Origin: Candidatus Versatilivorator sp.
Lineage (GTDB): Bacteria > Acidobacteriota > Terriglobia > Versatilivoradales > Versatilivoraceae
DNA: 64,000 nucleotides
Reading direction: 5' to 3'
NCBI GenBank assembly: GCA_965207735.1
Contig: OZ242296.1
Coordinates: 3,584,001-3,648,000, forward strand
Every line of letters begins with the position of its first letter. Within the stretch, counting starts at the first letter, position 1. Shown here piece by piece: positions 1 through 9,772 of the stretch. Below the pieces are notes generated by a model that saw only the letters and a list, made by a program, of their open reading frames with translations, was not told the origin of the DNA and searched no databases. The position numbers and the translations under genes were made by a program.

Positions 1-47
1 GTGCCGGACGTACAGGCAAGTCCGGGGAAGATTCAGCGGGGTAGCCG

Positions 48-836
48 ATGGCAGCAACCAGACTGAGATTGGAGAACAAGGTGGCCCTGGTCACGGGAGC
101 CTCTCGCGGCATAGGCCGGGCGATCGCCTTGGCCTTTGCCGAGGAGGGTGCCGCGGTGGCCGTCAACTACGCCGCCAATGGCCGCTTGGCCGAAGAGGTG
201 CGTGACGCCATCGCTTCGGCCGGGGGACGCGCCCTCTGCGTTCAAGCCGACGTGGGAGTTGCCGGAGAGGTGGACTCCATGGTCCGGCAGGTACTGCAGG
301 AGTACGGGCGAATCGATATCCTGGTCAACAATGCCGGGCTTCTCAACCAGGAGCCGTCGCTGGAGGCGACCGGGGACGGGTTCGACCGGATGGTGGACGT
401 CAACGTCAAGGGGGTCATCCGCTGTGCCGCGGCGGTGGTGGAGGGCATGAAGCAGCGAGGCCACGGGAGGATTATCAACGTCTCCTCCATTGCCGCTCTG
501 GGCACTTCCATGCCCGGAGTGACCGGTTACGCCATGACCAAGGCTTCGGTTAACATGTTTACCCGACGGCTCGCCAGGGAACTGGGTCCCCACAACATCA
601 CCGTGAACGCCATTGCGCCGGGATTTATCCTCACAGACATGTCTCGGGAGGGCGCCCGAGCCAGCGGGACCTACGTCGACGGCATCGCCGAGCGGACCAT
701 GCTGCGTCGTGTGGGCGCGCCGGTGGACATCGCGGGGGTGGCCCTCTTTCTGGCCTCGGACGACTCGTCCTTCATGACGGGGCAGGTGCTCACCGTGGAT
801 GGCGGGCGCATCGACTATCTCACCCACTCGGTGTAA
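48..836 (+). CDS. Short-chain dehydrogenase/reductase (FabG-like SDR)
   Basis: TGASRGIG Rossmann motif, NNAG, YAMTK catalytic YxxxK, C-terminal TGQVLTVDGG. Confidence 0.9.
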   Translation: MAATRLRLENKVALVTGASRGIGRAIALAFAEEGAAVAVNYAANGRLAEEVRDAIASAGGRALCVQADVGVAGEVDSMVRQVLQEYGRIDILVNNAGLLNQEPSLEATGDGFDRMVDVNVKGVIRCAAAVVEGMKQRGHGRIINVSSIAALGTSMPGVTGYAMTKASVNMFTRRLARELGPHNITVNAIAPGFILTDMSREGARASGTYVDGIAERTMLRRVGAPVDIAGVALFLASDDSSFMTGQVLTVDGGRIDYLTHSV

Positions 837-905
837 CCGGTCCGTCAGGCCCCGGGCGCCTGGGGGCTTCGGACGGAATCCCGAGTCAAAGGGAAAGAAT
901 CTTTC

Positions 906-1886
906 ATGCAGCCTGAACGGATCGTATCCATCGCTCCCATCGATCGGATAGCCATCGACATCCTGCAACAGGTGGCTCCGGTGGAGATCTCTTCCTCTCC
1001 GGACGAATCCACCATGCTCACCCTGCTGGAGGGGACCATCGGGCTGGTGGCCCGAGGCACCGAAGGCGGCATTACCCGGAAGATCATTGAAAACTGCCCG
1101 GGCTTGCGGGTCATCGGTCGACCCGGGGTCGGCTACGATACGGTGGACGTGGCCTTTGCCACCGAGCGGAAGATTCCCGTGGTGTACGCTCCCATCGGAG
1201 GGTTCGCCGTCGCCGAGGCCGCCCTGGCGCTGCTGATGGCCATCGTCAAGAAGGTCCAGCTGGCCGACTCCATCCTCAAGCAGGGGCAGTGGCAGCGACG
1301 CTACCAGTTGAGCACGGGGGATTTGACCGGGCACACCCTGGGGATCATAGGACTGGGTCGGATCGGCGGGCGGCTGGCCCGGCTGGTGCAGAATTTCGAG
1401 ATGGAAGTGCTGGGATACGATCCCTTCCTGACGGCGGATACCGCCAAGGGAATGGGAGTCGAGCCGGTGCCGCTGGATGACCTGCTGCGGCGTTCGGATT
1501 TCGTTTCGGTGCACGTCCCCCTGGGGGAGCAGACCCGCGGCCTGATCAACCGGGAGCGGATCGCACGCATGAAGCCGGGGGCCGTCTTCATCAACACCGC
1601 CCGGGGCGGAGTGGTGGAAAGCCTGGATGTCCTGGCCGACGCCCTGGAGAGCGGCCACCTGGGAGCGGTGGGTCTGGATGTGTTTCCCACCGAACCCCCC
1701 GACACCTCCCACCGACTGTTCAAGCACCCCCACTTTACCGGGGCTCCCCACTTGCTGGGAGTGAGCCGCTTGGCCATGGAGCGCATTTACCGCTCCATGG
1801 CTACCGACATGGTGGCGGTTCTCCAGGGACAGCGGCCCCGGTACTGCGTCAATCCGGAGGTTTGCGAGGAACTGTTCGAGTCTTGA
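906..1886 (+). CDS. D-isomer-specific 2-hydroxyacid dehydrogenase (SerA-like, no ACT domain)
   Basis: GIIGLGRIG, INTARGGVV, GLDVFPTEP and APH motifs. Confidence 0.88.
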   Translation: MQPERIVSIAPIDRIAIDILQQVAPVEISSSPDESTMLTLLEGTIGLVARGTEGGITRKIIENCPGLRVIGRPGVGYDTVDVAFATERKIPVVYAPIGGFAVAEAALALLMAIVKKVQLADSILKQGQWQRRYQLSTGDLTGHTLGIIGLGRIGGRLARLVQNFEMEVLGYDPFLTADTAKGMGVEPVPLDDLLRRSDFVSVHVPLGEQTRGLINRERIARMKPGAVFINTARGGVVESLDVLADALESGHLGAVGLDVFPTEPPDTSHRLFKHPHFTGAPHLLGVSRLAMERIYRSMATDMVAVLQGQRPRYCVNPEVCEELFES

Positions 1887-1902
1887 GGGAAGGAAGGAAA
1901 CT

Positions 1903-2868
1903 ATGAGAATCGTGGTGCTTGACGGATACACTCTGAATCCGGGAGATCTTTCCTGGGAAGGCTTGGAAAAGCTGGGAACCACCGAGGTTCACGATCGAAC
2001 CGAACCCGAGCTCACCTTTGAGCGTGCTCGGGGCGCTGAGGCCGTGTTGACAAACAAGACCGCCCTGGACGCCGGGATGCTGCGCCGGCTGCATGGCGAG
2101 GGGCTTCGCTACGTGGGCGTGCTGGCCACGGGATACAACGTGGCGGATATCCAGGCGGCCCGGGAACTGGGAATCCCCGTGACCAACGTGCCTACCTACG
2201 GGACGGCCTCGGTGGCCCAGTTCGCCTTCGCGCTGCTGCTGGAGCTCTGCCACCATGTGCAGCTCCACAGCGATGCCGTCCGGGGGGGAGAATGGTCCGG
2301 CAGCATCGACTGGTGTTTCTGGAAGACCCCTCTCATCGAGCTGTCCGGGAGGACCATGGGGATCGTGGGATTTGGCCGCATCGGGCGCCAGGTCGGCCGG
2401 ATCGCCGACGCCATGGGCATGCGGGTCATCGCCCATGACGCCATCACCGTCAATCCTCCCGACTACGACGGGTTCCGCTGGGTTGGAGTGGAAGAGCTGC
2501 TGCAGGAAGCCGATGTGGTCAGCCTCCACTGCCCTCTGTTCCCCGAGACCCAGGGAATGATCAACGCCGAGCGGCTGGCGATGATGAAGCCTACCGCTTT
2601 TCTGCTCAACAATTCCCGGGGGCCCCTGATCGTCGACCAGGACCTGGCCGATGCCCTCGATGCGGGTCGGATTGCCGGGGCGGGGCTCGATGTGCTGTCG
2701 GTAGAACCTCCCCTGGATACCAATCCCCTGTTGTCGGCCAAGAATTGCCTGGTGACCCCCCACATCTCCTGGGCGACCCGGGAGGCCAGGTCACGGCTGA
2801 TGGACACCGTGGTTGGAAACGTGCAGAGTTTCCTCGAGAACCGGACCCGGAACGTGGTGAACCCCTGA
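1903..2868 (+). CDS. Glycerate dehydrogenase / hydroxypyruvate reductase family
   Basis: [19 protein letters not shown]-terminus, [22 protein letters not shown]; purine-rich RBS upstream. Confidence 0.88.
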   Translation: MRIVVLDGYTLNPGDLSWEGLEKLGTTEVHDRTEPELTFERARGAEAVLTNKTALDAGMLRRLHGEGLRYVGVLATGYNVADIQAARELGIPVTNVPTYGTASVAQFAFALLLELCHHVQLHSDAVRGGEWSGSIDWCFWKTPLIELSGRTMGIVGFGRIGRQVGRIADAMGMRVIAHDAITVNPPDYDGFRWVGVEELLQEADVVSLHCPLFPETQGMINAERLAMMKPTAFLLNNSRGPLIVDQDLADALDAGRIAGAGLDVLSVEPPLDTNPLLSAKNCLVTPHISWATREARSRLMDTVVGNVQSFLENRTRNVVNP

Positions 2869-2912
2869 GTCTTGGGCTGGAATTGCCGAACCGCCGGCAG
2901 CAGGAGGACATG

Positions 2913-3920
2913 ATGGCCCGAATCCGTTTACCGTTGCAGAACCTTTCTCGCGCATTCCTCGAAGTGGTTGAACAGTCTGCCATCGCCGCTGCCCGGACCA
3001 TGGGCATAGGCGACCGAGAGTTCTCCGATCAGGCCGCGGTAGAGGTGATGCGGAAGATCATGGACAGCGTTCCCATGAAGGGGACCATCGTGATCGGAGA
3101 AGGCGAGAGGGACAAGGCCCCCATGCTCTACATCGGGGAAAAGGTGGGCAAACAGAAGGACATCGCCAAGGGCGAGCAGGTTGCCCATGAGGTGGACATT
3201 GCCGTCGACCCGCTGGAGGGCACCAACCTTTGCGCCACCGGTGCGCCGGGGGCCATCACGGTGCTGGCCAGCTCCGAGAAGGGCGGCCTGCTGAATGCGC
3301 CGGACTGCTACATGGAGAAGATCATCGTCGGTCCCTCCTCCAAGGGAGTCATCGATATCGACGCTTCGGTCAAGGACAACCTGCGGGCCATCGCCAAGAG
3401 ACTGGACCGCGACGTGGAGAACCTGGTGGTGGTGGTTCTGGACCGCCCGCGGCATGCTCAGCTGATCCAGGATATCCGGGCCGCCGGCGCCCGCATCCGG
3501 CTCATTACCGACGGCGACCTTTCGGCGGGCATCAGTGTGGCCCTCCGCGGGACCGGAGTCCACGCGGTCATGGGGATCGGCGGCGCTCCGGAAGGGGTGT
3601 TGACGGCGGCGGCGCTGCGCTGCCTGAACGGAGAGATCCTGGCGAGGCTGGTGGTCAAGGACGAGGAACAGGCCGAGCGGATGAAGGGCATGGGCATCGA
3701 GGACCCGAGCAAAGTCTACGCCACCACCGAGCTGGCCTCAGGCAAGAATATCATCTTCGCGGCTACCGGCGTCACCGACGGCACCCTGCTGAAAGGCGTG
3801 CGGTTCTTCGGAGACGGCACCCGGACGCAGTCGCTGCTGATGAACCTGGCCAACCGGCACGTCCGCTTCGTGGACACCGTCCACCTGGCTCAACGTCCCG
3901 ACATCAGCGTCCGCCTGTAG
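2913..3920 (+). CDS. glpX: Class II fructose-1,6-bisphosphatase
   Basis: [38 protein letters not shown]; AGGAGG RBS at 2902-2907 places the start at ATG 2910/2913 rather than 2745. Confidence 0.93.
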   Translation: MARIRLPLQNLSRAFLEVVEQSAIAAARTMGIGDREFSDQAAVEVMRKIMDSVPMKGTIVIGEGERDKAPMLYIGEKVGKQKDIAKGEQVAHEVDIAVDPLEGTNLCATGAPGAITVLASSEKGGLLNAPDCYMEKIIVGPSSKGVIDIDASVKDNLRAIAKRLDRDVENLVVVVLDRPRHAQLIQDIRAAGARIRLITDGDLSAGISVALRGTGVHAVMGIGGAPEGVLTAAALRCLNGEILARLVVKDEEQAERMKGMGIEDPSKVYATTELASGKNIIFAATGVTDGTLLKGVRFFGDGTRTQSLLMNLANRHVRFVDTVHLAQRPDISVRL

Positions 3921-4000
3921 CCCGGCAACGATCTGCCGGCGGTCGCCCGAGTCGTTCCTTCCTCTCATTCAGAGCTTGAATCCAACTTCTGATCGATGGC

Positions 4001-4942
4001 GTGTCCTTTGGATGCCCCCCTTCTTCCAGGAGGTCCGGCTTGGGAGTCCTGATCAGCGTCCTGATTGCCGCCGCCGTCGCCCTTTTCCTGCCGGAGGCCG
4101 TCCTGCGGTTGCAACCGCTGCTGGCGCCTGCCTTCGCGCTGACCATGGTCCTGATAGGAAGCCTGGTGCGGGCGGAACACAGGGAGAGCTTTCGGCGAGC
4201 TCCCCTGAGACCCATCCTGGGCCTGATCTGTCAATACACCGTCATGCCCTTGACCGCCTGGCTGATTTCCCTGGCCTTCCAGGAACCGGCGCTCCGGATC
4301 GGTATCGTGCTGGTGGGTTGCATGCCCGGCGCCATCGCTTCCAACGTCATGACCCTTCTCTTCAAGGGCGACCTGATTCTCTCCATCACCTTGACCACCC
4401 TGGCCACCTTGACCTGCCCGGTGATCCTGGCCTTCTGGCTGCCGCTCCTGGCCGGCGCCAGCCTCGAGGTTCCGGCGGGCTCCCTGGCCGTGAGCGCGGT
4501 TTGGATGGTGTTGCTGCCGGCCGCCAGTGGGATTCTGCTGCGAAAGTTCCTTCCGGAATTCCCGCCCTGGTGGGACCGGATGGCCACACTGGTGGCCTCG
4601 ATGGCCATCGTCCTGATCATCATGGTGGTGGTGGCTGCCAATCGGGAAAGGCTGGCCGATACCGGCCCCCTGCTGATGGCGGCCCTGGTGACCCTGAATC
4701 TGAGCGCCTATGGAGTGGCTTACCTGGCGGGCGGCCTGCTGGGCTGGCCCTCGGCTCAGCGCAGGACCCTGGTGATCGAGGTAGGCATGCAAAACGCCGG
4801 ATTGGGGTCCGTCCTGGCCATGGCTCATCTGGGCCATGCGGCCGCCATTCCGAGCGCGTTCTATACGGCCCTTTGCGTGTTGACCGCCGCCATGGGTCTG
4901 CCGCTGCAGCGGCGGCTGGAGGGACAGCGCTCCATTCGTTGA
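4001..4942 (+). CDS. Bile acid:sodium symporter (BASS) family transporter
   Basis: Multiple hydrophobic helices; QYTVMP, GCMPGAIASNV and IEVGMQNAGL motifs. Confidence 0.88.
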   Translation: MSFGCPPSSRRSGLGVLISVLIAAAVALFLPEAVLRLQPLLAPAFALTMVLIGSLVRAEHRESFRRAPLRPILGLICQYTVMPLTAWLISLAFQEPALRIGIVLVGCMPGAIASNVMTLLFKGDLILSITLTTLATLTCPVILAFWLPLLAGASLEVPAGSLAVSAVWMVLLPAASGILLRKFLPEFPPWWDRMATLVASMAIVLIIMVVVAANRERLADTGPLLMAALVTLNLSAYGVAYLAGGLLGWPSAQRRTLVIEVGMQNAGLGSVLAMAHLGHAAAIPSAFYTALCVLTAAMGLPLQRRLEGQRSIR

Positions 4943-4967
4943 CAAATCCCCATGAGATCTATAGAGT
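4939..4967 (+). promoter_or_regulatory. Putative sigma70 promoter for the PPC/DUF1549/DUF1501 cluster
   Basis: TTGACA (4939-4944), 17-nt spacer, TAGAGT (4962-4967). Confidence 0.4.
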
Positions 4968-5099
4968 TAGGCTTCCCACTGAGGAGTGTCTCCTCATCAG
5001 ATACAGGTAGGCCCCGGGGCCTTGCCGACAAAGCTCTTTCTCCAGTTGTGAATTGTGCGAGAGTTGTTGGAAAAGGCCGCTAGAGCCGAGGAGCAGAGC

Positions 5100-7103
5100 A
5101 TGGCGCTTCACAGATTCAACCGTTTCATGGTCGGCTTGTTGCTGCTGGGCCTGGCTGCCGGGTTGGCGGCCGGCGCCGACCGGCTCAAGCCATCCTACTC
5201 CGAGCCCGAACTGCACACGCTGGCTCCCCTGGGCGGCGGGGTCGGCTCAAGCCTGGAGGTCGAAGTTCGAGGCAAGTTCCTGGCCGGGGCCTCCGCGATC
5301 TGGACGGGTCACCAGGCCTTTGAAGCTCGGGTGACCTCGGTGGAGGCGGTTACTTCCCCGGCGGCGGAAAGCGATGACAAGGCTGAGTCAAAGGACGACG
5401 GCGAGTACCGGGTCAGGCTTCAGGTCGACATCGCCCCCGATGCCGCCCCGGGTCCGCACCCGCTGAGACTGGTGGCTGCAGGAGGAGTCTCCAACCGGCT
5501 CTACCTGCAAATCCACCAGGACCCCGTCATTGCCGAGTCACCCCGACCCCACCAAAAACCTGACACGGCACAGCCGGTCGCCGTTCCCGTGGTAGTCAAC
5601 GGCACCATCTCAAGGCAAGGGGAACTGGACTACTACAGCCTGGAAGCGTCCAAGGGGCAGGAAGTCGCGTTCGAGGTCATTTTCAGCCACGAAACCCTGA
5701 CCAAGGGCTTTCGCCCGCAACTGCGAATCTATGAGACCACGGGCAGTTGGCTGGGATCTCGTCAGCTCACCCAGGTGGCTTTTCACAGTGAAGTCCATGG
5801 AGAAATCAATTTGAGCCCGGGCGAAGCGGGACCGCCTCCCGGCACCACGCCGATCAACTCGGGATTGAAGTACCGGTTCGGCAAGGCCGGCCGTTACCTG
5901 GTGGAAGTGGCTTCAGAGCGATTTCAAGGGAAACCGGAGTACGCCTATCAGCTCCGAATGGCGCCGGTCGGAGCGGACTACCAGAGCCGCCTCAAGGACT
6001 CGGAGTGGGGCCGAACCTTCACCCGCAGGATCGGCGCCGACCGTTTGGAGGCCCTTTGGGCGCGCACGGTCACGTCCAATCGCCCCACCGATCCGGCGTC
6101 CGATGGGCAGCCCGCTTCCGGCAGTCCCGATCCGGAAACCGCCTACGACAACCAGCAGGGGAAGCGCCCGGCTCCCATTCCCAACCGAGTGACCCACTGG
6201 GCTGAGAAAGAACCCAACGATGAATCGGGTCGAGCCACCGAGGTGGCCCTGCCCGGACTGATTCAAGGGTCCATCGACCGGCCGGGAGACGTGGATACCT
6301 ACCGATTCAAGTTGTCGTCGGCTCAACGCCTGGCTTTCGAGATCCAGACTCCCGGCTTGAGTCCACCCCATTTCACTCCCCGGTTCGAGGTCAAGGACGC
6401 GGCGGGTCGGTCCATGGTGACCAACCTGCACAAAGTGAAGTCGACGCTGAGCGAGGGTCAGTGGGTGGTCAAGGACGTTGAGTCCAAGGTGATCGAGACC
6501 TTTGACCAGGAGGGAGAATACACGGTCGAGGTTCGCGACGTGACCTCCAGAAGCGGCAGCCGGGAATGCCTGTACCGACTGCTGATCAGGCCGCAGATTC
6601 CTCACTTGGGAGAATTCACCGTGGAAACCCTGAAACGGGGGACGGAAGACCGCCGGGTCGACCCGTTGCGGATCAATCTCGCTCCGGGAGAGGCCAAGAG
6701 CTTGATCATAACGGCGCGGATCGAGGAGATCGACGCCAGGATCACCGATTCTCTGGGTGAACGGGCTTTCGACTGGGGAACCGGAGACATGATCCTGCAG
6801 GCAGAGGGGCTTCCCCGGGGAGTCAAGGCGCTGCCGGGGACCGGTATCCTGAAGATCAAGGGGAAACCGCGCTTCGAGACCCTTCTGAAATACAATTATC
6901 TTCCCGACGTGCTGCAGGCGGTGATGGTGTTCCATGCCGAAGACGACGCCCAGTCTATGGCCCTGCCGGAGTCAGTCCGCCTCACGGCCCGACCCTTGAT
7001 CGGGGGCAGGCCCGGTCCAACCATTCCGGTGGCGGATGTGCCCCTGATGGTGGTTGCCGGATCGGTGGCAAAGGCCGTTCCCGGGGAAGCGGTCGGGGAG
7101 TAG
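5100..7103 (+). CDS. Secreted PPC (pre-peptidase C-terminal) domain protein, Planctomycete type
   Basis: Signal peptide; two repeated modules (E..P....AQ.V..P..VNGTI...GELDYY and EKEPND...A..V.LPG.IQG.I..PGDVDTYRF); GAGGAG RBS before ATG 5100; adjacent DUF1549/DUF1501 genes. Confidence 0.7.
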   Translation: MALHRFNRFMVGLLLLGLAAGLAAGADRLKPSYSEPELHTLAPLGGGVGSSLEVEVRGKFLAGASAIWTGHQAFEARVTSVEAVTSPAAESDDKAESKDDGEYRVRLQVDIAPDAAPGPHPLRLVAAGGVSNRLYLQIHQDPVIAESPRPHQKPDTAQPVAVPVVVNGTISRQGELDYYSLEASKGQEVAFEVIFSHETLTKGFRPQLRIYETTGSWLGSRQLTQVAFHSEVHGEINLSPGEAGPPPGTTPINSGLKYRFGKAGRYLVEVASERFQGKPEYAYQLRMAPVGADYQSRLKDSEWGRTFTRRIGADRLEALWARTVTSNRPTDPASDGQPASGSPDPETAYDNQQGKRPAPIPNRVTHWAEKEPNDESGRATEVALPGLIQGSIDRPGDVDTYRFKLSSAQRLAFEIQTPGLSPPHFTPRFEVKDAAGRSMVTNLHKVKSTLSEGQWVVKDVESKVIETFDQEGEYTVEVRDVTSRSGSRECLYRLLIRPQIPHLGEFTVETLKRGTEDRRVDPLRINLAPGEAKSLIITARIEEIDARITDSLGERAFDWGTGDMILQAEGLPRGVKALPGTGILKIKGKPRFETLLKYNYLPDVLQAVMVFHAEDDAQSMALPESVRLTARPLIGGRPGPTIPVADVPLMVVAGSVAKAVPGEAVGE

Positions 7104-7141
7104 GTTTGATTGGTCGAGGTGAAGGGGAAATGGAGGCGGTC

Positions 7142-9730
7142 ATGACGAGAGGGAAAGCAGAGAGGCGACGCAGCCATTGGCGGTTGCCGATTGCGGGAGC
7201 CGTCCTGCTGGCGGGATCGGTGCTGGCGGCCTTGGCGCTGCCCGGCGTGTCCGTTGCTGAAGAGACTCAGCCGGTGGAGTCGCTCCGACTGCTTCCCGGC
7301 AATCCCCATATCTGGGGGGCTGATGCTTCCCAGCAGTTCCTGCTGCTGGCCCGGTTTGCCGATGGCCTGGAGCGGGATGTCACCGACCAGGCGCGCTACA
7401 ACCTTTCCGATCCGCGGGTGGCCGAGGTCGATGCGGCCGGCAAGGTGGTGGCCCGTTCCAACGGAAGGGTCGTCCTGACGGCCGCCTTTGAGGACCGGAC
7501 GGCCAGCACCCCGGTCGTGATCGACGGGATCTCCGAGGAGAGGCCCTTCAGCTTTGCCCGGGATATCGGAGCCATCTTCACCAAGACCGGATGCAACAAC
7601 AGCGAGTGCCACGGGGGCGTCAAGGGACAGGGAGGCTTGAAGCTGTCGGTGAACGCGCTGTTTCCCAAGGAGGATTACCGCTGGATCACCGAAGGGGGGA
7701 TCTACCAGGTGATGTCGGCGGAGGCCGCCGGGGAGAAGAAGCCCCGAATCGATCTGCAGGATGCGGAACAGTCGCTGCTGTTGCTGAAGCCCACGCTGGC
7801 GGTGCCCCACGGAGGAGGCCAGCGGCTCAATGCGGAGTCCTCCAGTTATCGCATCTTGTTACGCTGGATCCGGAACGGGGCGCCCTACGGCGAGGAGGGC
7901 AGCGAAGAGAGCGCCCGCATCGAGCGGCTGGAGGTCCTGCCCCGAGAGGTGGTCCTGGACCGCAAGGGGCGGCACCGTCTGCTGGTCACCGCCCATATGT
8001 CCAACGGACGCCGCGAAGACGTCTCCGAGCAGGTGCTCTACGAGTCCAACGACCATGAGATCGTGGAGGTGGACGAGGCGGGAGTGGTGACCGCCAAGGG
8101 GATCGGAGAAAGCGCGGTGATGATCCGCGCGGCCGGGCAGGCCACCAGCGCCCGGTTCGGGGTGATTGCCAGGCCCCTGCCCCGGTATCCCGAGGTGGCG
8201 AAAAGGAACTACGTCGACGAGCACGTGTTTGGAAAGTTGGAGCGCTTCAACATCATTCCCTCCGAAACCTCCACCGACAGCGAGTTCCTGCGGCGCATCT
8301 GCCTGGACCTGACCGGAACCCTGCCGCCGGGCGACAGGGTCCGTGAGTTCCTGTCGAGCCGGGATCCCGAGAAGCGGGATGCCCTGATCGAGACGCTCCT
8401 GAACTCGCCCGAGTACGTCGAGTACTGGACCTATTTCTTCAGCGAGATTCTCAGAGTGTATTCCGGGGCGACCCTCAATGCGGAGCATGCGCTCATCTAT
8501 GAGGATTGGGTTCGGAAGAACATTGCCGCCAACGCTCCCTACGACCGGATGGCGAGAGAGCGGCTGGCTGCCCAGGGCTTCAGCGGTCCGGCCTGGTCCT
8601 ATTGGACCTTTCGGGACCTGACCCCGGTTCCCGAAATCGCCACCGAGCAGATCCGGGTCTTCCTGGGACGGAGGCTGGGGTGCGCCCAGTGCCACAACCA
8701 TCCCTTCGAGAACTGGAGCCAGGATCAGTTCTGGGGGCTGGCGGCCTTCTTCGGCGACATGACGCAGATCATGGAGGTCGAGAAGATACGGGGACCCTAT
8801 TTCGTCATTGACGACATCGAAGGACATGGTCGGCGCAAGGATCGAAGTCCGGCCAAGATCCTGCATCCCAGGACCAAGGAGCAGGTCCGGCCCAGCTTCC
8901 CCGACGGCAGCCTTCTTCCCGACAGTGAGCGGCGGGATCTGCGCATGCGATTGGCCGAATGGATGACCGCGCCGGAAAACCCCTACTTTGCCGAGGCCAT
9001 TGTCAATCGCATCTGGGGTCACTTCTTCGGACGGGGCATCGTGGAACCGGTGGACGACTTTCGTGCGACCAACCCGCCCACCCATCCCGAACTGCTGAAG
9101 GAGCTGTCCCGGGATTTCGTGGACCACGGCTACGATCTGAAGCACCTGTTGCGAACAATCCTGCGCTCTCGAACCTATCAGTTGTCGGGACAGGCCAACG
9201 AGACCAACCGGGACGACAAGGTCAACTATTCCCGGGCCTTGCCCCGCCTGCTGGAAGCGCCGGTGCTGCTGGATGCCATCACTCATGCCACGGGAGTGGA
9301 TTCGGAACTGGTTGTCTCCGACAAGCCCGATGCCTCCAGCGGCGCTCCTCCGGGCACGCGGGCCATCAACCTGATTCCGGGGATGGTGCCGTCACCCTTT
9401 TTCGAGGTCTACAACCGCAACGATCGCCGGGGCGTGCCGGAAAACAAGCCCCAACTCACCCTGCTGCAGAGCTTGCACCGGCTGTCGGGACCGACCTTTA
9501 CCAGCCGTCTGACCCAGGAAGGGAGCCGGGTGGACCGTCTGCTCAAGGAAGGGGCCGGCGATCGTCAGATTATCGAGGATCTCTATCTCTCGGCTTTCAC
9601 TCGCTTTCCCACGGACCGGGAACTCTCCGGGCTGGAGGCCATGCTGGCACAGCAGCCGTCGCGCCGGGAAGGGTTGCAGTCTCTGACCTGGGCGCTTGTC
9701 AGTTCGCGGGAATTTGTCCATAATCACTGA
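7142..9730 (+). CDS. DUF1549/DUF1553 (PSD1-type) protein with Ig-like domains and putative heme-binding motifs
   Basis: EFLRRICLDLTGTLP, LGCAQCHNHPF, NPYFAEAIVNRIWGHFFGRGIVEPVDD, NPPTHPELL, SRTYQLS; GCNNSECHG; signal peptide; GGAGG RBS before ATG 7142. Confidence 0.88.
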   Translation: MTRGKAERRRSHWRLPIAGAVLLAGSVLAALALPGVSVAEETQPVESLRLLPGNPHIWGADASQQFLLLARFADGLERDVTDQARYNLSDPRVAEVDAAGKVVARSNGRVVLTAAFEDRTASTPVVIDGISEERPFSFARDIGAIFTKTGCNNSECHGGVKGQGGLKLSVNALFPKEDYRWITEGGIYQVMSAEAAGEKKPRIDLQDAEQSLLLLKPTLAVPHGGGQRLNAESSSYRILLRWIRNGAPYGEEGSEESARIERLEVLPREVVLDRKGRHRLLVTAHMSNGRREDVSEQVLYESNDHEIVEVDEAGVVTAKGIGESAVMIRAAGQATSARFGVIARPLPRYPEVAKRNYVDEHVFGKLERFNIIPSETSTDSEFLRRICLDLTGTLPPGDRVREFLSSRDPEKRDALIETLLNSPEYVEYWTYFFSEILRVYSGATLNAEHALIYEDWVRKNIAANAPYDRMARERLAAQGFSGPAWSYWTFRDLTPVPEIATEQIRVFLGRRLGCAQCHNHPFENWSQDQFWGLAAFFGDMTQIMEVEKIRGPYFVIDDIEGHGRRKDRSPAKILHPRTKEQVRPSFPDGSLLPDSERRDLRMRLAEWMTAPENPYFAEAIVNRIWGHFFGRGIVEPVDDFRATNPPTHPELLKELSRDFVDHGYDLKHLLRTILRSRTYQLSGQANETNRDDKVNYSRALPRLLEAPVLLDAITHATGVDSELVVSDKPDASSGAPPGTRAINLIPGMVPSPFFEVYNRNDRRGVPENKPQLTLLQSLHRLSGPTFTSRLTQEGSRVDRLLKEGAGDRQIIEDLYLSAFTRFPTDRELSGLEAMLAQQPSRREGLQSLTWALVSSREFVHNH

Positions 9731-9772
9731 GTCTTGCGTTCCGGCTTGGCCGGACACAAACAGGAGAATCCG

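Noticed and set aside
33-1982. 649-aa minus-strand ORF (likewise 7859-9286, 17195-18595, 30261-32039, 38606-39832 and many others)
   Set aside because: Antisense shadows of well-supported genes in GC-rich DNA; no recognisable motifs.
906-2868. Tandem 2-hydroxyacid dehydrogenases as microcompartment cargo
   Set aside because: More than 30 kb from the shell genes, with no clear linker plus amphipathic terminal extension.
5046-5063. TTGTGAA as Rex operator upstream of the PPC gene
   Set aside because: Only the left half-site matches; the right half shows no TTCACAA.
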